Assembly (NCBI GenBank): GCA_964386805.1
Contig: CAYLUJ010000001.1
Coordinates: forward strand, 1 to 56,849
Reading direction: 5' to 3'
Origin: an uncultured Pelolinea sp.
GTDB taxonomy: Bacteria > Chloroflexota > Anaerolineae > Anaerolineales > Anaerolineaceae
Length of the DNA: 56,849 nt
A program made the position numbers and the translations under genes. Of this stretch, positions 18,390-27,974 are shown one piece after another. The stretch's first letter is position 1. The number at the start of each line of letters is the position of its first letter. Below the pieces are notes generated by a model. The model had not been told where the DNA came from, ran no database searches, and was given only the letters and a program-made list of their open reading frames with translations.

Positions 18390-19703
18390 TTATATAGAAC
18401 CACATGCATTTTTGTATTGGATAAGCACCTGGTTAATGCTGGCAATAATGAGGTTAGAAGGATCGGCTTCAATATTATTGATACGAACGAATGGATATAA
18501 ATGTGGAAAATACTGGCTTATCAGCGAAAGTGGCAGTGGTTTCTTGCGTAGATTGGTCATTAATTTCTGATAGGCTGTTTGCACTGCCGGATATCCCCAA
18601 TAATACCGTACACGATCGCTAAAACTATATTTTAATTCAAAACGTATCTCTTCTTCTGAACCTGCATAATATTTTTCCCAATGAGAGGGCGCCATCTGCA
18701 TGGTATTCAGCAGTGTGTCGACAATTTGTGATCGGCTATCTATAGCTATAAAAGATAACTCTTTCTCAATCGCAGCCAAACTAAAAACAGCTTCCCGAAA
18801 GGCAAATGTTAATGCAGGGCCAACCTTCAAAATAGAAAAATGATCTTCCACCATTTGTTTTAACAATTGTGGGGTTTGATAATCGGTGGAATGAGCTTCA
18901 AACACCATTCCTGGAATTGTCTCGATAAATTTGCTGAGTGATTGCGTCTTTGAGCGATCATAAGAAAAGATCACTTTATCATCAAACTCTACCCCGGGAG
19001 AAATGACCAACGCGATAATACGCTGGAATGCTTCTTCAAGACCATACCGATGAAAGACCGTCTGATAGGTTTGCAGAGTCTGTTCTGCAAAATCGACCCT
19101 CGTTACAGGACAATTTTCACTTTGCCCGGCAGTCATACCACCGGGAGAAGGGACTTCTGTGCCGATCACATACACTGGAAATTGAGTGACCTGGTGTATA
19201 CGAGCGGCACTTTCAGCTCGTACACAGAGTTGAGCGGAACGCTCAGCAATCATTTCTGTTGATGGCGAATCCTCATTCCCACAAGGCATGGAAGTGTCAA
19301 GATGGATTTTGACATATCCGGCAGCAACATAATCCTGTACCAGTTTTTCCGCTTTTTCCATTGCCAACGATGTCTGTTCCTTCTTCCATGGATTGGGTCC
19401 CAGGTGATCGCCACCCAGAATGATGCGCTCGATTGGAAAATCCATTTCTCTGGCAATATCTTGAAGATAGATAGTGAATTGCATGGGGGTCATCCCGCTA
19501 TATCCCCCCTCTTGGTTCACCTGGTTGCAGGTGGATTCAATCAATAGAAAGTCCTCATCGGTTCTATGTGAATGCATTGCAGCTTTCAAAACTTCCCGAT
19601 TCGCCGAACAAATGGAATAGATCCCCACCGGCTCACCATTCTTATGTGCCCGGATAATTTCTTGAAGTGGATGACTGGTGGAAAACATACTCCTCTTGTT
19701 CAT
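18390..19703 (-). CDS. GatZ/KbaZ-family protein (class II tagatose-bisphosphate aldolase accessory subunit / tagatose-6-phosphate 4-epimerase-like)
   Basis: 437 aa. The N-terminus (HPLQEIIRAHKNGEPVGIYSICSAN) and length are typical of GatZ/KbaZ. No GatY/KbaY partner is in the window. Confidence 0.8.
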   Translation of the reverse strand: MNKRSMFSTSHPLQEIIRAHKNGEPVGIYSICSANREVLKAAMHSHRTDEDFLLIESTCNQVNQEGGYSGMTPMQFTIYLQDIAREMDFPIERIILGGDHLGPNPWKKEQTSLAMEKAEKLVQDYVAAGYVKIHLDTSMPCGNEDSPSTEMIAERSAQLCVRAESAARIHQVTQFPVYVIGTEVPSPGGMTAGQSENCPVTRVDFAEQTLQTYQTVFHRYGLEEAFQRIIALVISPGVEFDDKVIFSYDRSKTQSLSKFIETIPGMVFEAHSTDYQTPQLLKQMVEDHFSILKVGPALTFAFREAVFSLAAIEKELSFIAIDSRSQIVDTLLNTMQMAPSHWEKYYAGSEEEIRFELKYSFSDRVRYYWGYPAVQTAYQKLMTNLRKKPLPLSLISQYFPHLYPFVRINNIEADPSNLIIASINQVLIQYKNACGSI

Positions 19704-19716
19704 ACAGTAAAATTCT

Positions 19717-20694
19717 CTACCTCTCAGGATAGGTCTTGAACCATTCCTGGTCTATCTGGAATTGCTCCAACTCGTTAAACCATGGGGCAGCTAGAGCATC
19801 CACCAGTTCAGTGAGCCTATGCATTCGTTTATATGCAACATTTTGTAAAAAATGGATGCGATCGTGCCCGCTCAGGTCAGTGGCTTCTTTCCATACCGCC
19901 CGGCCTGCAGCAACACCCGCTGCGCCTGCCATACAAGCTGCTATCACCTGTTGCAAGAAAACATCAAAATCAACAGAAGCGGAAAGCAATATCCATGGGA
20001 TCGCGCTTTTTTGGGTCAATTCTTTGCACGCTGCTTTCCATCTGTCAAAACTTTTTTCGGTATGAATATCCAATGGAAATTCCGCTTTTAACACATCTGC
20101 TCCGAGAGGGGTAAGTTTTTCTGCAGATTTCAAAATCACATCCATCCGTTCAGTCCCTTCCAGCTTTTTTTGAACCGGATCAAGAGGATAAGAAAGGACC
20201 TCCAAAAAAAAGGGGGTGTCCGTTTTTTGACAATCATCCGCTACTTGGCTGACCAGGTCTTCAATGTGGGTATGCGTGGCAGAATCTGGATGATAGTAAA
20301 CCAGTAACTTCACCGCACTGCCACCCATTCGCTTAACCTTGGCAACACTCCAATCGGGCAATATTTGGCTTTCTCGAGCGGATGGATCGCCTGTATATCC
20401 GGTTTCTTCGAGCGCTACCAACAATCCACGATTACCAGGCAGTACCTGAGTAGCAACATTCTGTGCAGCTCCATAGAGGGGATCCAATAAAAATGCGCTG
20501 CAACTGTCGGCAAGGGTTTTCACCACATCTTGTTTGAAAGCGGTCATCATTTCATTCGCATTCGGATCTTGTTTCTGGATATGTAAAAGATTGCGCAAAT
20601 TATTTCGGTGATCCAGAGCCAGGATAGCAAACTTACCATTGGGAGTAGCACACTGCTGCAATCCTCGAATTTTTCCTATTGATCGTGTAAACAT
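19717..20694 (-). CDS. Class I tagatose-1,6-bisphosphate aldolase-like (LacD/DeoC-type TIM barrel)
   Basis: FAILALDHRNNL...VKLLVYYHPDS...GADVLKAEFP resembles LacD/YihT-type aldolases. Confidence 0.7.
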   Translation of the reverse strand: MFTRSIGKIRGLQQCATPNGKFAILALDHRNNLRNLLHIQKQDPNANEMMTAFKQDVVKTLADSCSAFLLDPLYGAAQNVATQVLPGNRGLLVALEETGYTGDPSARESQILPDWSVAKVKRMGGSAVKLLVYYHPDSATHTHIEDLVSQVADDCQKTDTPFFLEVLSYPLDPVQKKLEGTERMDVILKSAEKLTPLGADVLKAEFPLDIHTEKSFDRWKAACKELTQKSAIPWILLSASVDFDVFLQQVIAACMAGAAGVAAGRAVWKEATDLSGHDRIHFLQNVAYKRMHRLTELVDALAAPWFNELEQFQIDQEWFKTYPER

Positions 20695-20895
20695 CTTATT
20701 TCTTCCTATTCCTTCTCAACAAAATCATATCACGGAGAGAGAATAAATGGATGTTCGCTTTTGTTTGCTTGATATTTCAATCGGATTCTTACCTTGTTTT
20801 CCCCTTATATACTCATATTAGAACATTATTTATGTGCTTTATTGTGCTATTATTTGACTTAATAACACTAAGTAACATATGATGAAAGGAGAATT

Positions 20896-21663
20896 ATGTT
20901 AAAAGAAGAGCGACAACAAACGATCATTCGAGAGCTGGATAGAAACGGCAGCGTGGCAGTTAGCGAACTCGCTGAGCGTTTCAACGTATCGAGAATGACA
21001 ATTCGGAGAGATCTTTTTGAGATCGAGAGAAACAGCCAATTAAAAAGAACGCATGGTGGTGCAGTATTGCCATCCAAATCACCCAATTATAGTGAGCCTC
21101 CCACCATCAAGCGCATGGAACTTTTAAAAGAGGAAAAAATTCGCATTGCCAAGGCCGTTGCGGCATCGATTGGGGAAAAAGAGGTGATCTTTCTGGGTTC
21201 AGGCACTACCACATTATATGTGGCCAAAGAGCTTCATGAAAGGGACGATATTACGGTGTTGAGTAATGCAATCACCATCATTAACGAGCTAAGTACCAAT
21301 GGGAAAATGCCTATCATCGGTATTGGTGGTTTTCTGCGGCGCGAAGAGCAATCCATGATAGGTCATTTCGCCGAGAGGGTCATTGAAGATCTGCGGGTGG
21401 AGAAAGTGATCATGGGCATGCGCGGGGTTCACCCTCGCTTCGGGTTGACCAGCGAAGATCCGCAGGAGTTAATGACCGATCGGAAGATCCTTGGCATCAG
21501 CGACAACGTCATCATCGTTGCCGACCACACCAAGATCGGTTATGTATCCACCAGCCGAACAGCTCCCATCACGGCTGCCAAGACCATCATCACAACCACA
21601 GATGCACAGGACGATTTCGTTCGTGCGATCCGTGAACAAGGGGTAGAGGTAATACAAGTTTAA
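20896..21663 (+). CDS. DeoR-family transcriptional regulator (AgaR-like position)
   Basis: HTH (VAVSELAERFNVSRMTIRRDL) plus DeoR C-terminal domain (LGSGTTT...IVADHTK). SD AAAGGAGA. Confidence 0.9.
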   Translation: MLKEERQQTIIRELDRNGSVAVSELAERFNVSRMTIRRDLFEIERNSQLKRTHGGAVLPSKSPNYSEPPTIKRMELLKEEKIRIAKAVAASIGEKEVIFLGSGTTTLYVAKELHERDDITVLSNAITIINELSTNGKMPIIGIGGFLRREEQSMIGHFAERVIEDLRVEKVIMGMRGVHPRFGLTSEDPQELMTDRKILGISDNVIIVADHTKIGYVSTSRTAPITAAKTIITTTDAQDDFVRAIREQGVEVIQV

Positions 21664-21686
21664 AAATAAGGAGAAAAAGAACGTTC

Positions 21687-22724
21687 ATGCCAGATAATAG
21701 AGGTAAGTTTACACAGACAGAAATTCTCTCACAACCCGAGACCTGGAAGGAAACATTACAATATTTAAAATCCGATTGGGTTGGCAAATTGCCAAATCTG
21801 CAGGATTATGACCAAATTGTTATCACCGGCTGTGGATCGACATATTATTTTTCAATTTGGGCAGCCCGCCTTCTGCACTGTAGCACTGGAATTCCAGCCA
21901 TCGCTCTCCCCAGTTCAGAATTATGGTATTCCGGGGACCTGTGGTTAAAACCATTCAAGAAAATACTTTTCATCGTCATTTCTCGCTCGGGTCAGACAAC
22001 GGAAACACTTCAAGCATTGGATCTATTCCTACGATCGCAAAAAGGGGATGCCATTGCCGTAACCTGTTATAAAGATAGCCATTTAGCCAAAATGGCTCCT
22101 CTTTCAGTAACTACAACGGCTGGTATGGAGCAAAGTGTTGCACAGACCCGCTCTTTCAGCAACATGATGTGGCCTATTATCCTGTTGAGCGAAAAAACCA
22201 TCCAAGATGAGTTAATTACAACAGTTCATACTACCGCGCAAACCTTCCTATCGAATTATCAAGCCACTGCGCGTGAGATCGGGAATAATCTTGATATCGA
22301 ACGATTCTTTTTCCTCGGTAATGGGCCCCTCTTCGGTCTTTCTCAAGAAGTCATGCTGAAAATGAAGGAAATGTCATTGAGTTATTCAGAGGCTTTCCAT
22401 TTTCTTGAATTTCGACACGGACCAATGTCAATGGTAAACAACCGTTCTCTGATCGTGGGATTCACAAATCAAGCAACCCAGGAATTTGAACTTCCTGTCT
22501 TTCGTGACATGCAGAAGTTAGAAGGGTTGACGCTCGCCGTCGGAAGATTCGCGGAAAAACCACAAGGCATAGACTATCTCTTTAGCTTTGGTGAGTATAT
22601 CCCTTCTAGGTGGTCATATCCTTTATATTTGCCACTCATCCAATTGCTTGCATATGAGAGAAGTATTGCCAAAGGATTGAATCCGGATAAACCGGAAAAT
22701 CTCACTGCAGTTGTGAAACTGTAG
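21687..22724 (+). CDS. SIS-domain sugar-phosphate isomerase/deaminase (AgaS-like)
   Basis: Two SIS modules: ITGCGSTYYFS...ISRSGQTTETL, and a second half with FLGNGPLFG. Confidence 0.8.
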   Translation: MPDNRGKFTQTEILSQPETWKETLQYLKSDWVGKLPNLQDYDQIVITGCGSTYYFSIWAARLLHCSTGIPAIALPSSELWYSGDLWLKPFKKILFIVISRSGQTTETLQALDLFLRSQKGDAIAVTCYKDSHLAKMAPLSVTTTAGMEQSVAQTRSFSNMMWPIILLSEKTIQDELITTVHTTAQTFLSNYQATAREIGNNLDIERFFFLGNGPLFGLSQEVMLKMKEMSLSYSEAFHFLEFRHGPMSMVNNRSLIVGFTNQATQEFELPVFRDMQKLEGLTLAVGRFAEKPQGIDYLFSFGEYIPSRWSYPLYLPLIQLLAYERSIAKGLNPDKPENLTAVVKL

Positions 22725-22741
22725 TGTTTTTAAGGAAAAGA

Positions 22742-23203
22742 ATGCAATTAGAAGATTTGTTGATTCGAAATACCATCAGGGCGAAAGTACCACTTCAAAC
22801 CCGAGATGAGATTATCCAAAAAGCAGGTGAATTACTTGTGGAAGCGGATGCGATCGAACCACGCTACATCCATGCAATGAAAAGAGTGATGGATGAGCTA
22901 GGTCCATATTGTGTGATCGCACCCGGTATCGCGCTTTTGCACGCGCGCCCTGAAGATGGAGTAAAACGCGCCTGCCTTTCATTGCTTACATTAGAAAAAC
23001 CGGTGCACTTTGGTCATTCCACCAACGATCCGGTTGATCTCGTATTCACCTTGGGTGCCAGGGATAAACAAGGGCATATTGAAGCTCTAGCAGAACTGGC
23101 TGTTTTTTTATCGAAAGAAGAATTTCTTCAAATAGTACGAGGTTGTGAGAATTCACAATCCCTGCAAAATGAAATCTTTGAATATATCACAACGAGAAAG
23201 TAG
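22742..23203 (+). CDS. PTS EIIA, type 2 (fructose/mannitol/ascorbate family)
   Basis: PTS_EIIA_2 pattern with GIALLHARPEDGV (phospho-His). Start is taken at the ATG at 22742; the track starts at a GTG at 22724. Confidence 0.8.
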   Translation: MQLEDLLIRNTIRAKVPLQTRDEIIQKAGELLVEADAIEPRYIHAMKRVMDELGPYCVIAPGIALLHARPEDGVKRACLSLLTLEKPVHFGHSTNDPVDLVFTLGARDKQGHIEALAELAVFLSKEEFLQIVRGCENSQSLQNEIFEYITTRK

Positions 23204-23210
23204 AGAAAAA

Positions 23211-23486
23211 ATGGTCATTGCAACATTATGCGGAATGGGTTTTGGGACAAGTATGATGCTCAAGCTTTTCATTGACGATATTCTTAAGGCCGAAGGGATC
23301 AAAGCCGAGGTCAATCCATGGGATCTGGGGACTTTTAAAGGAAACAAAGCGGATATTGTTGTCGCTCCAGTAGATATGGAACCGCATCTACGCGATTATC
23401 CGTCCAAAATCGTTCTAATAAAGAATTTAGTAGATAAGGTAGAAATTAAGGAAAAAATACTCAAGGCAATTCGAGAGCTCTCATAA
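23211..23486 (+). CDS. PTS EIIB, ascorbate (SgaB/UlaB)-like
   Basis: MVIATLCGMGFGTSMMLK has the active-site Cys near the N-terminus. Start trimmed to the ATG at 23211, just after the EIIA stop at 23203. Confidence 0.75.
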   Translation: MVIATLCGMGFGTSMMLKLFIDDILKAEGIKAEVNPWDLGTFKGNKADIVVAPVDMEPHLRDYPSKIVLIKNLVDKVEIKEKILKAIRELS

Positions 23487-23562
23487 TTTTTGTATTTCAA
23501 GAAAGGAGGATTTGGGATTATCTATTGTTCGTTTCATTTTGAAAAAATTTTAGGAGGATACA

Positions 23563-24879
23563 ATGGCAGTATTTGATACATTACTTTCTTTGATCACGCT
23601 ACCCGCTATCGTTCTGGGGTTCATTGCATTGATCGGTCTTCTTCTCCAGAAAAAATCAGCAGGGGATGTGTTTAAAGGAACATTAAAAACAATTCTTGGA
23701 CAGTTGATCATCGGTGTTGGAACTAGCGCTTTGATCGCCGCTCTTTCACCAATCCAGGTCTTCTTCGAAAAAGGTATTCCGGCAAGTGGTTTTGAAACAT
23801 TTGTCACTTACGATGAAGCTGTGGTTGGAGCAGTACAAAGTGCGAACCTCGCAAATATTGGTGCTGAGATCGCATGGACAATGTTATTCGGATATGTAGT
23901 GCATATTCTGGTTTCCAAATTCTCAAAGCATCACTACATTTATCTCACCGGTCATATGATCTGGGTACACGCAGGTGCATTCGCGATTTTGTTCCACTCC
24001 TTTGGTCTGCCTACCTGGGCCGTCGTCACACTGGCTTCCATCGTCGATGGTTTCTATATGACCCTAATGCCTGCTTTAGCTCAACCCATTATGCGCAAAA
24101 TCACCGGCAGCGATGAGATCGCATTTGGCCATGGGCAAACATTGTTGAACATGCTCGGGGCATGGGCAGGTAAACTGGTGGGGAAACCGGAAGATTCCAC
24201 GGAGAACGTGAAGATCAAGGAGTCTTTCAATTTCCTGCGAGATATGTCGGTATCTATCTCGATCATCATGCTCCTGGTCGCTTTTATCGGCGCAGGTCTT
24301 GCCATTGGGCAGATCGGCATAGCCGGATTCGAAGAGCAGATCAGCAGTGGGCAAAATTGGATCGTGTACATTCTCTTGATTGCGCTTAATTTTACCGCTG
24401 GTGTTTTGGTCCTGCTACAAGGAGTTCGCATGTTGATTGCAGAGATCACACCTGCTTTCAAGGGTATCGCAGAAAAACTCATCCCTGGCGCAAAACCTGC
24501 TCTGGATTGCCCGGTAATTTACCCCTATGCTCCCAATGCTCTCATTTTTGGCTTGATCTCAGGTACTATCGGACAGGTGGTGGGCATGGTAGTATTGGCT
24601 TTGATCGGCTGGCCTGTGCCACTACCCAGCATGATTGCAGCTTTCTTCGCCAGCGGAGCCGGAGCCATCTTCGGAAATGCCACTGGCGGTCGCAAAGGCG
24701 CCTGGTTGGGTGGTTTCTTATGGGGCTTTGTGGGTTGGTTGTTGATCAGCTTTGCTTATAAATTCCAGGTATTTGGCGATCTATCTGGCATGGGTGCATT
24801 AAGTTTAGGATTCACAGTTCCAGACGCGATTGTTCCCGGTATTGTTATCTGGTGTATCGCCAAGTTATTCGGTATATAA
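23563..24879 (+). CDS. PTS EIIC, ascorbate (UlaA/SgaT) family
   Basis: 438-aa polytopic protein whose N-terminus and length are typical of UlaA/SgaT. SD AGGAGGA. Confidence 0.88.
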   Translation: MAVFDTLLSLITLPAIVLGFIALIGLLLQKKSAGDVFKGTLKTILGQLIIGVGTSALIAALSPIQVFFEKGIPASGFETFVTYDEAVVGAVQSANLANIGAEIAWTMLFGYVVHILVSKFSKHHYIYLTGHMIWVHAGAFAILFHSFGLPTWAVVTLASIVDGFYMTLMPALAQPIMRKITGSDEIAFGHGQTLLNMLGAWAGKLVGKPEDSTENVKIKESFNFLRDMSVSISIIMLLVAFIGAGLAIGQIGIAGFEEQISSGQNWIVYILLIALNFTAGVLVLLQGVRMLIAEITPAFKGIAEKLIPGAKPALDCPVIYPYAPNALIFGLISGTIGQVVGMVVLALIGWPVPLPSMIAAFFASGAGAIFGNATGGRKGAWLGGFLWGFVGWLLISFAYKFQVFGDLSGMGALSLGFTVPDAIVPGIVIWCIAKLFGI

Positions 24880-24893
24880 TACTGGTACAAGAA

Positions 24894-24928
24894 AGAGAGG
24901 AGAGAGGTATTCTCCTCTCTTTTCTTTT
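24894..24928 (+). terminator. Intrinsic terminator between PTS EIIC and nagA
   Basis: AGAGAGGAGA-(7 nt)-TCTCCTCTCT followed by TTTCTTTT. Confidence 0.7.
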
Positions 24929-24941
24929 ATATAATTCCATT

Positions 24942-26120
24942 ATGCTACAAAAAATTATCCATGCGAATCTCTATACACCGGATGAACTTCTAGCGGACCA
25001 CTCCATTGAAATTGAGAATGGAATCATCAAGGATATTTACCCGACACCGGAATTTGAGAAATCCCTTGATTCAATCATCAATGCAAATGGTTTTATCGTT
25101 ACCCCGGGACTGATCGATATTCATATTCATGGTTGTATGGGGGCTGACACCATGGATGCAACTTTTAATGCATTGAACACCATGAGTGCTTTTTTAGGAG
25201 CACATGGTGTGACCTCTTTTTTAGCTACAACCGTCACCAGCAGCCGGGAAAACATCATGGATGCCCTGACAAACATATCAAAATATCGTTTGGATCTGAC
25301 TGGTGCTAACTTATTGGGAGCACATATAGAAGGACCGTACATCAATATTGCTTTCAAGGGCGCTCAGAATCCTGATTACTTTCGCTCTCCCATCAAGAAA
25401 GAATATGAGATATGGTTTGAAAATGGAAACGTAGAATTAATCACCATAGCACCAGAGTTAAAGGGAATGGACGAATTCATTCATGCCTGTGCGGATCATA
25501 GTATCGAATTGGCAATCGGTCATAGCAATGCGTCGTATGAACAGGTCATCCATGCTGCGGATCTGGGAGTACATCAGGCAACTCATTTATTCAATGGTAT
25601 GCAGGGATTACACCATCGTGAACCGGGAACGGTAGGGGGTATCCTTGTTGATGATCGATTTCATGCTCAAATCATCACAGATGGAATCCATTTACATCCT
25701 GCGATCGTCAAGCTCATTCTCACTTGCAAAGGAATCGATCATACCATTTTGATCTCAGATGCCATTCGTGCCACGGGATTATCGGATGGAAAGTATGATC
25801 TGGGGGGCCAGGAAGTAACCGTAACAAATGGGGTCGCCAAAATCGCCAATGGCAGTCTGGCTGGTTCAACTCTCACCCTGGATTCTGCTTTATGCAACAC
25901 CATGAAATTCACTGGCCTGGATTTCAGGCATGTTTTACCCATGGCTACCAGAATTCCAGCAGAAGCAATGCATTTCTCCCAGAAAAAAGGGTACATTCGT
26001 GTTGGTTACGATGCTGATCTCACTCTCTTTAATTCTGATCTTCAGGTAGTTTCAACCATTGTCGGTGGTAATTTAATTTTTAATAAAGAAAAAAAATGGA
26101 GTAAAGAATGTCAAAATTAA
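24942..26120 (+). CDS. nagA: N-acetylglucosamine (or N-acetylgalactosamine)-6-phosphate deacetylase
   Basis: DIHIHGCMGADTMD...HIEGPYIN...GHSNASYEQ...THLFNGM...DGIH are NagA/AgaA amidohydrolase motifs. Start trimmed to the ATG at 24942, beyond the terminator. Confidence 0.88.
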   Translation: MLQKIIHANLYTPDELLADHSIEIENGIIKDIYPTPEFEKSLDSIINANGFIVTPGLIDIHIHGCMGADTMDATFNALNTMSAFLGAHGVTSFLATTVTSSRENIMDALTNISKYRLDLTGANLLGAHIEGPYINIAFKGAQNPDYFRSPIKKEYEIWFENGNVELITIAPELKGMDEFIHACADHSIELAIGHSNASYEQVIHAADLGVHQATHLFNGMQGLHHREPGTVGGILVDDRFHAQIITDGIHLHPAIVKLILTCKGIDHTILISDAIRATGLSDGKYDLGGQEVTVTNGVAKIANGSLAGSTLTLDSALCNTMKFTGLDFRHVLPMATRIPAEAMHFSQKKGYIRVGYDADLTLFNSDLQVVSTIVGGNLIFNKEKKWSKECQN

Positions 26121-26854
26121 CACATGAATACATTGAAGGTGTAATTTCCCTTCTAAAAAAAATAAATTCAGAGGAAGAAGCTGTTATTAATCAAGCAGCA
26201 AAGCTAATGGCAGATGCGGTTCAGAACGGCAAACGTATCTTTGGTTTTGGTTGTACTCATTCCTGTCTGCCTATTCAAGAGGTTGTATACCGCGCGGGTG
26301 GTCTCATGTTGATCAATCCCATCTATGCTCCCGGTATTGCTCATCTGGATGTTCACCCCACTACGATGACATCGGGAATTGAAAATCTCAACGGGTACGC
26401 AAAAGTTATTCTGGATAACCAGCCTATTCAAAAGGGAGATATTCTCATTATCATTTCAGTTTCAGGTCGCAATGCGGTGCCTATTGAAATGGCTAAGATA
26501 GCACAGGAACGGGGAATTATCGTCATCGGAATCACATCCCGGAAATATACGGAGGGTGTTGCCTCAAGGCATGCATCGGGCAAAAAAATGTACAACTTTG
26601 CAGATGTGGTGATTGATAATAAAGCTGAGAAAGGGGATGCGCTGCTTTCGGCTGATGGTCTCAATACAAAGTTCGCATCTGCTTCTGGGATCACCAGTAG
26701 CGCCATCATGCATTGCCTTTCAGCCGCCACCATTGAAGAACTGTTGGCAAGAGGAATCACGCCACCTGTTTTTGTAGCAGCGAATGTGGACGGTGGTTCT
26801 GAACATAATCTCAAACTCTTAAAGGAATATCATGACCGAATATTCTATGTATAG
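26108..26854 (+). CDS. SIS-domain protein (UPF0309-like sugar isomerase domain)
   Basis: GKRIFGFGCTHS...IIISVSGRNAVPIEMA pattern. Overlaps the nagA stop. Confidence 0.75.
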   Translation: MSKLTHEYIEGVISLLKKINSEEEAVINQAAKLMADAVQNGKRIFGFGCTHSCLPIQEVVYRAGGLMLINPIYAPGIAHLDVHPTTMTSGIENLNGYAKVILDNQPIQKGDILIIISVSGRNAVPIEMAKIAQERGIIVIGITSRKYTEGVASRHASGKKMYNFADVVIDNKAEKGDALLSADGLNTKFASASGITSSAIMHCLSAATIEELLARGITPPVFVAANVDGGSEHNLKLLKEYHDRIFYV

Positions 26855-26869
26855 CTTAAAATAAAAAAA

Positions 26870-26909
26870 GGCAGTGCACTACACTACATTGTGTGCACTG
26901 CCTTTTTTT
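26870..26909 (+). terminator. Intrinsic terminator ending the amino-sugar operon
   Basis: GGCAGTGCAC-(13 nt)-GTGCACTGCC followed by T7. Confidence 0.8.
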
Positions 26910-26953
26910 AATCTCCTTATAGTTCATGAAATATTTTCCGCTACAATATACCT

Positions 26954-27400
26954 ATGAACATAAAAACAGACACCCCTTTCATCGTTGGATTCTATGGTCA
27001 ATCCGGTATCGGAAAGACCTATCTGGTCAAGAAACTTGTTTCTAAATTAATAAGTGAAGGCTTCCGTACGACGGTTGTGAAGGTATCCGATAAAGCTATG
27101 AGTATTGATACAGAAGGGAAAGATACTTATCTCTATGGGCAAGCGGGAGCCGAAACAGTTGTTTTCTCTACCGCCAGTGAAACCACCTTCCTGGTAAAAA
27201 GACCATTACCCACCAGTGAGATCATACGGCTTCTCAATGAAAATGAAAGTTATGATTTTATTTTCATTGAAGGTGCTCTGGAAGAATGGATCCCCAAAAT
27301 TCGTCTGGGAGATATGCCATTGCGCGAGAACACCATACTTACCTACAATGGGGATTTTGATACTCTTATTATGCAAATTAGAAATCGAAATTTAAAGTAA
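26954..27400 (+). CDS. MobB-like P-loop protein (molybdopterin-guanine dinucleotide biosynthesis adapter family)
   Basis: VGFYGQSGIGKTYLVKKL...VKVS...DTEGKDTY... resembles MobB. No mobA or moa genes are nearby. Confidence 0.65.
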   Translation: MNIKTDTPFIVGFYGQSGIGKTYLVKKLVSKLISEGFRTTVVKVSDKAMSIDTEGKDTYLYGQAGAETVVFSTASETTFLVKRPLPTSEIIRLLNENESYDFIFIEGALEEWIPKIRLGDMPLRENTILTYNGDFDTLIMQIRNRNLK

Positions 27401-27413
27401 AAAGGAGGAAATT

Positions 27414-27563
27414 ATGCAAACCATAACCTTGAAAGTAAATGGAAAAGAAGTCCCTCTAACCCAATTTCCGGCAGAGATCATCACACAAACAATCTTAGGA
27501 ATGTTGAAAGCACTCAAGGGTGTTGAAGAGATCAAAGACGTTGAAATTTCAATAAAAAATTAG
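27414..27563 (+). CDS. Small hypothetical protein (49 aa), not in the ORF track
   Basis: Strong SD AAAGGAGGA 5 nt before the ATG at 27414, which is 14 nt after the mobB-like stop. Translation: MQTITLKVNGKEVPLTQFPAEIITQTILGMLKALKGVEEIKDVEISIKN. Confidence 0.45.
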   Translation: MQTITLKVNGKEVPLTQFPAEIITQTILGMLKALKGVEEIKDVEISIKN

Positions 27564-27683
27564 CTTTTTATGCTAATTTTGGAACAGAAGTCCTATTTTT
27601 TCCATAAATATCTCCTCTTTCGCAACCTTTTTTCATTATTTTCGTTATACTTAATGTAGGAAAACTAAAGAAAGGAGATTGAA

Positions 27684-27854
27684 ATGAAACTTACCCCTCC
27701 CACCAAATTAGTTTTTTGGCTCTCAACCGTTCTAGCTGTCTTGGGAATTCTTGGCAAATTTGTTGCCCTCCCATTAATTGGCGGCTATGAATTCTGGTTG
27801 GTAGCCGCAGGATTCGTCCTGCTGTGGCTTGGAAACGTAGTAAAAGGTTTCTAA
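27684..27854 (+). CDS. Small hypothetical 2-TM membrane protein (56 aa), not in the ORF track
   Basis: SD AAAGGAGA before the ATG at 27684. Translation: MKLTPPTKLVFWLSTVLAVLGILGKFVALPLIGGYEFWLVAAGFVLLWLGNVVKGF. Confidence 0.45.
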   Translation: MKLTPPTKLVFWLSTVLAVLGILGKFVALPLIGGYEFWLVAAGFVLLWLGNVVKGF

Positions 27855-27890
27855 GCACGTTCATTGAAGCACTTTTTATTATTATGCAGA

Positions 27891-27920
27891 AAAAGCCACC
27901 GCGATCGCGGTGGCTTTCTG
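27891..27920. terminator. Bidirectional intrinsic terminator (stronger for the minus-strand proBA transcript)
   Basis: Perfect palindrome GCCACCGCGATCGCGGTGGC (27895-27914), flanked by A4 and T3. The minus-strand reading ends in TTTTTC. Confidence 0.75.
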
Positions 27921-27974
27921 ATTTAATATCTATTTATTTAATGTCACATTTATTTGAGAAAATATTTACTCGTT

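Noticed and set aside
24852-24941. N-terminal extensions of track ORFs: 24852 for nagA, 2594 for EIIB, 2520 for DeoR, 23145 for EIIB-Asc, 54257 for the SBP, 35641 for the GT-C-like gene.
   Set aside because: The extensions run through terminators, SD sequences or upstream genes and lack family similarity. Internal starts with SD motifs fit the family N-termini.
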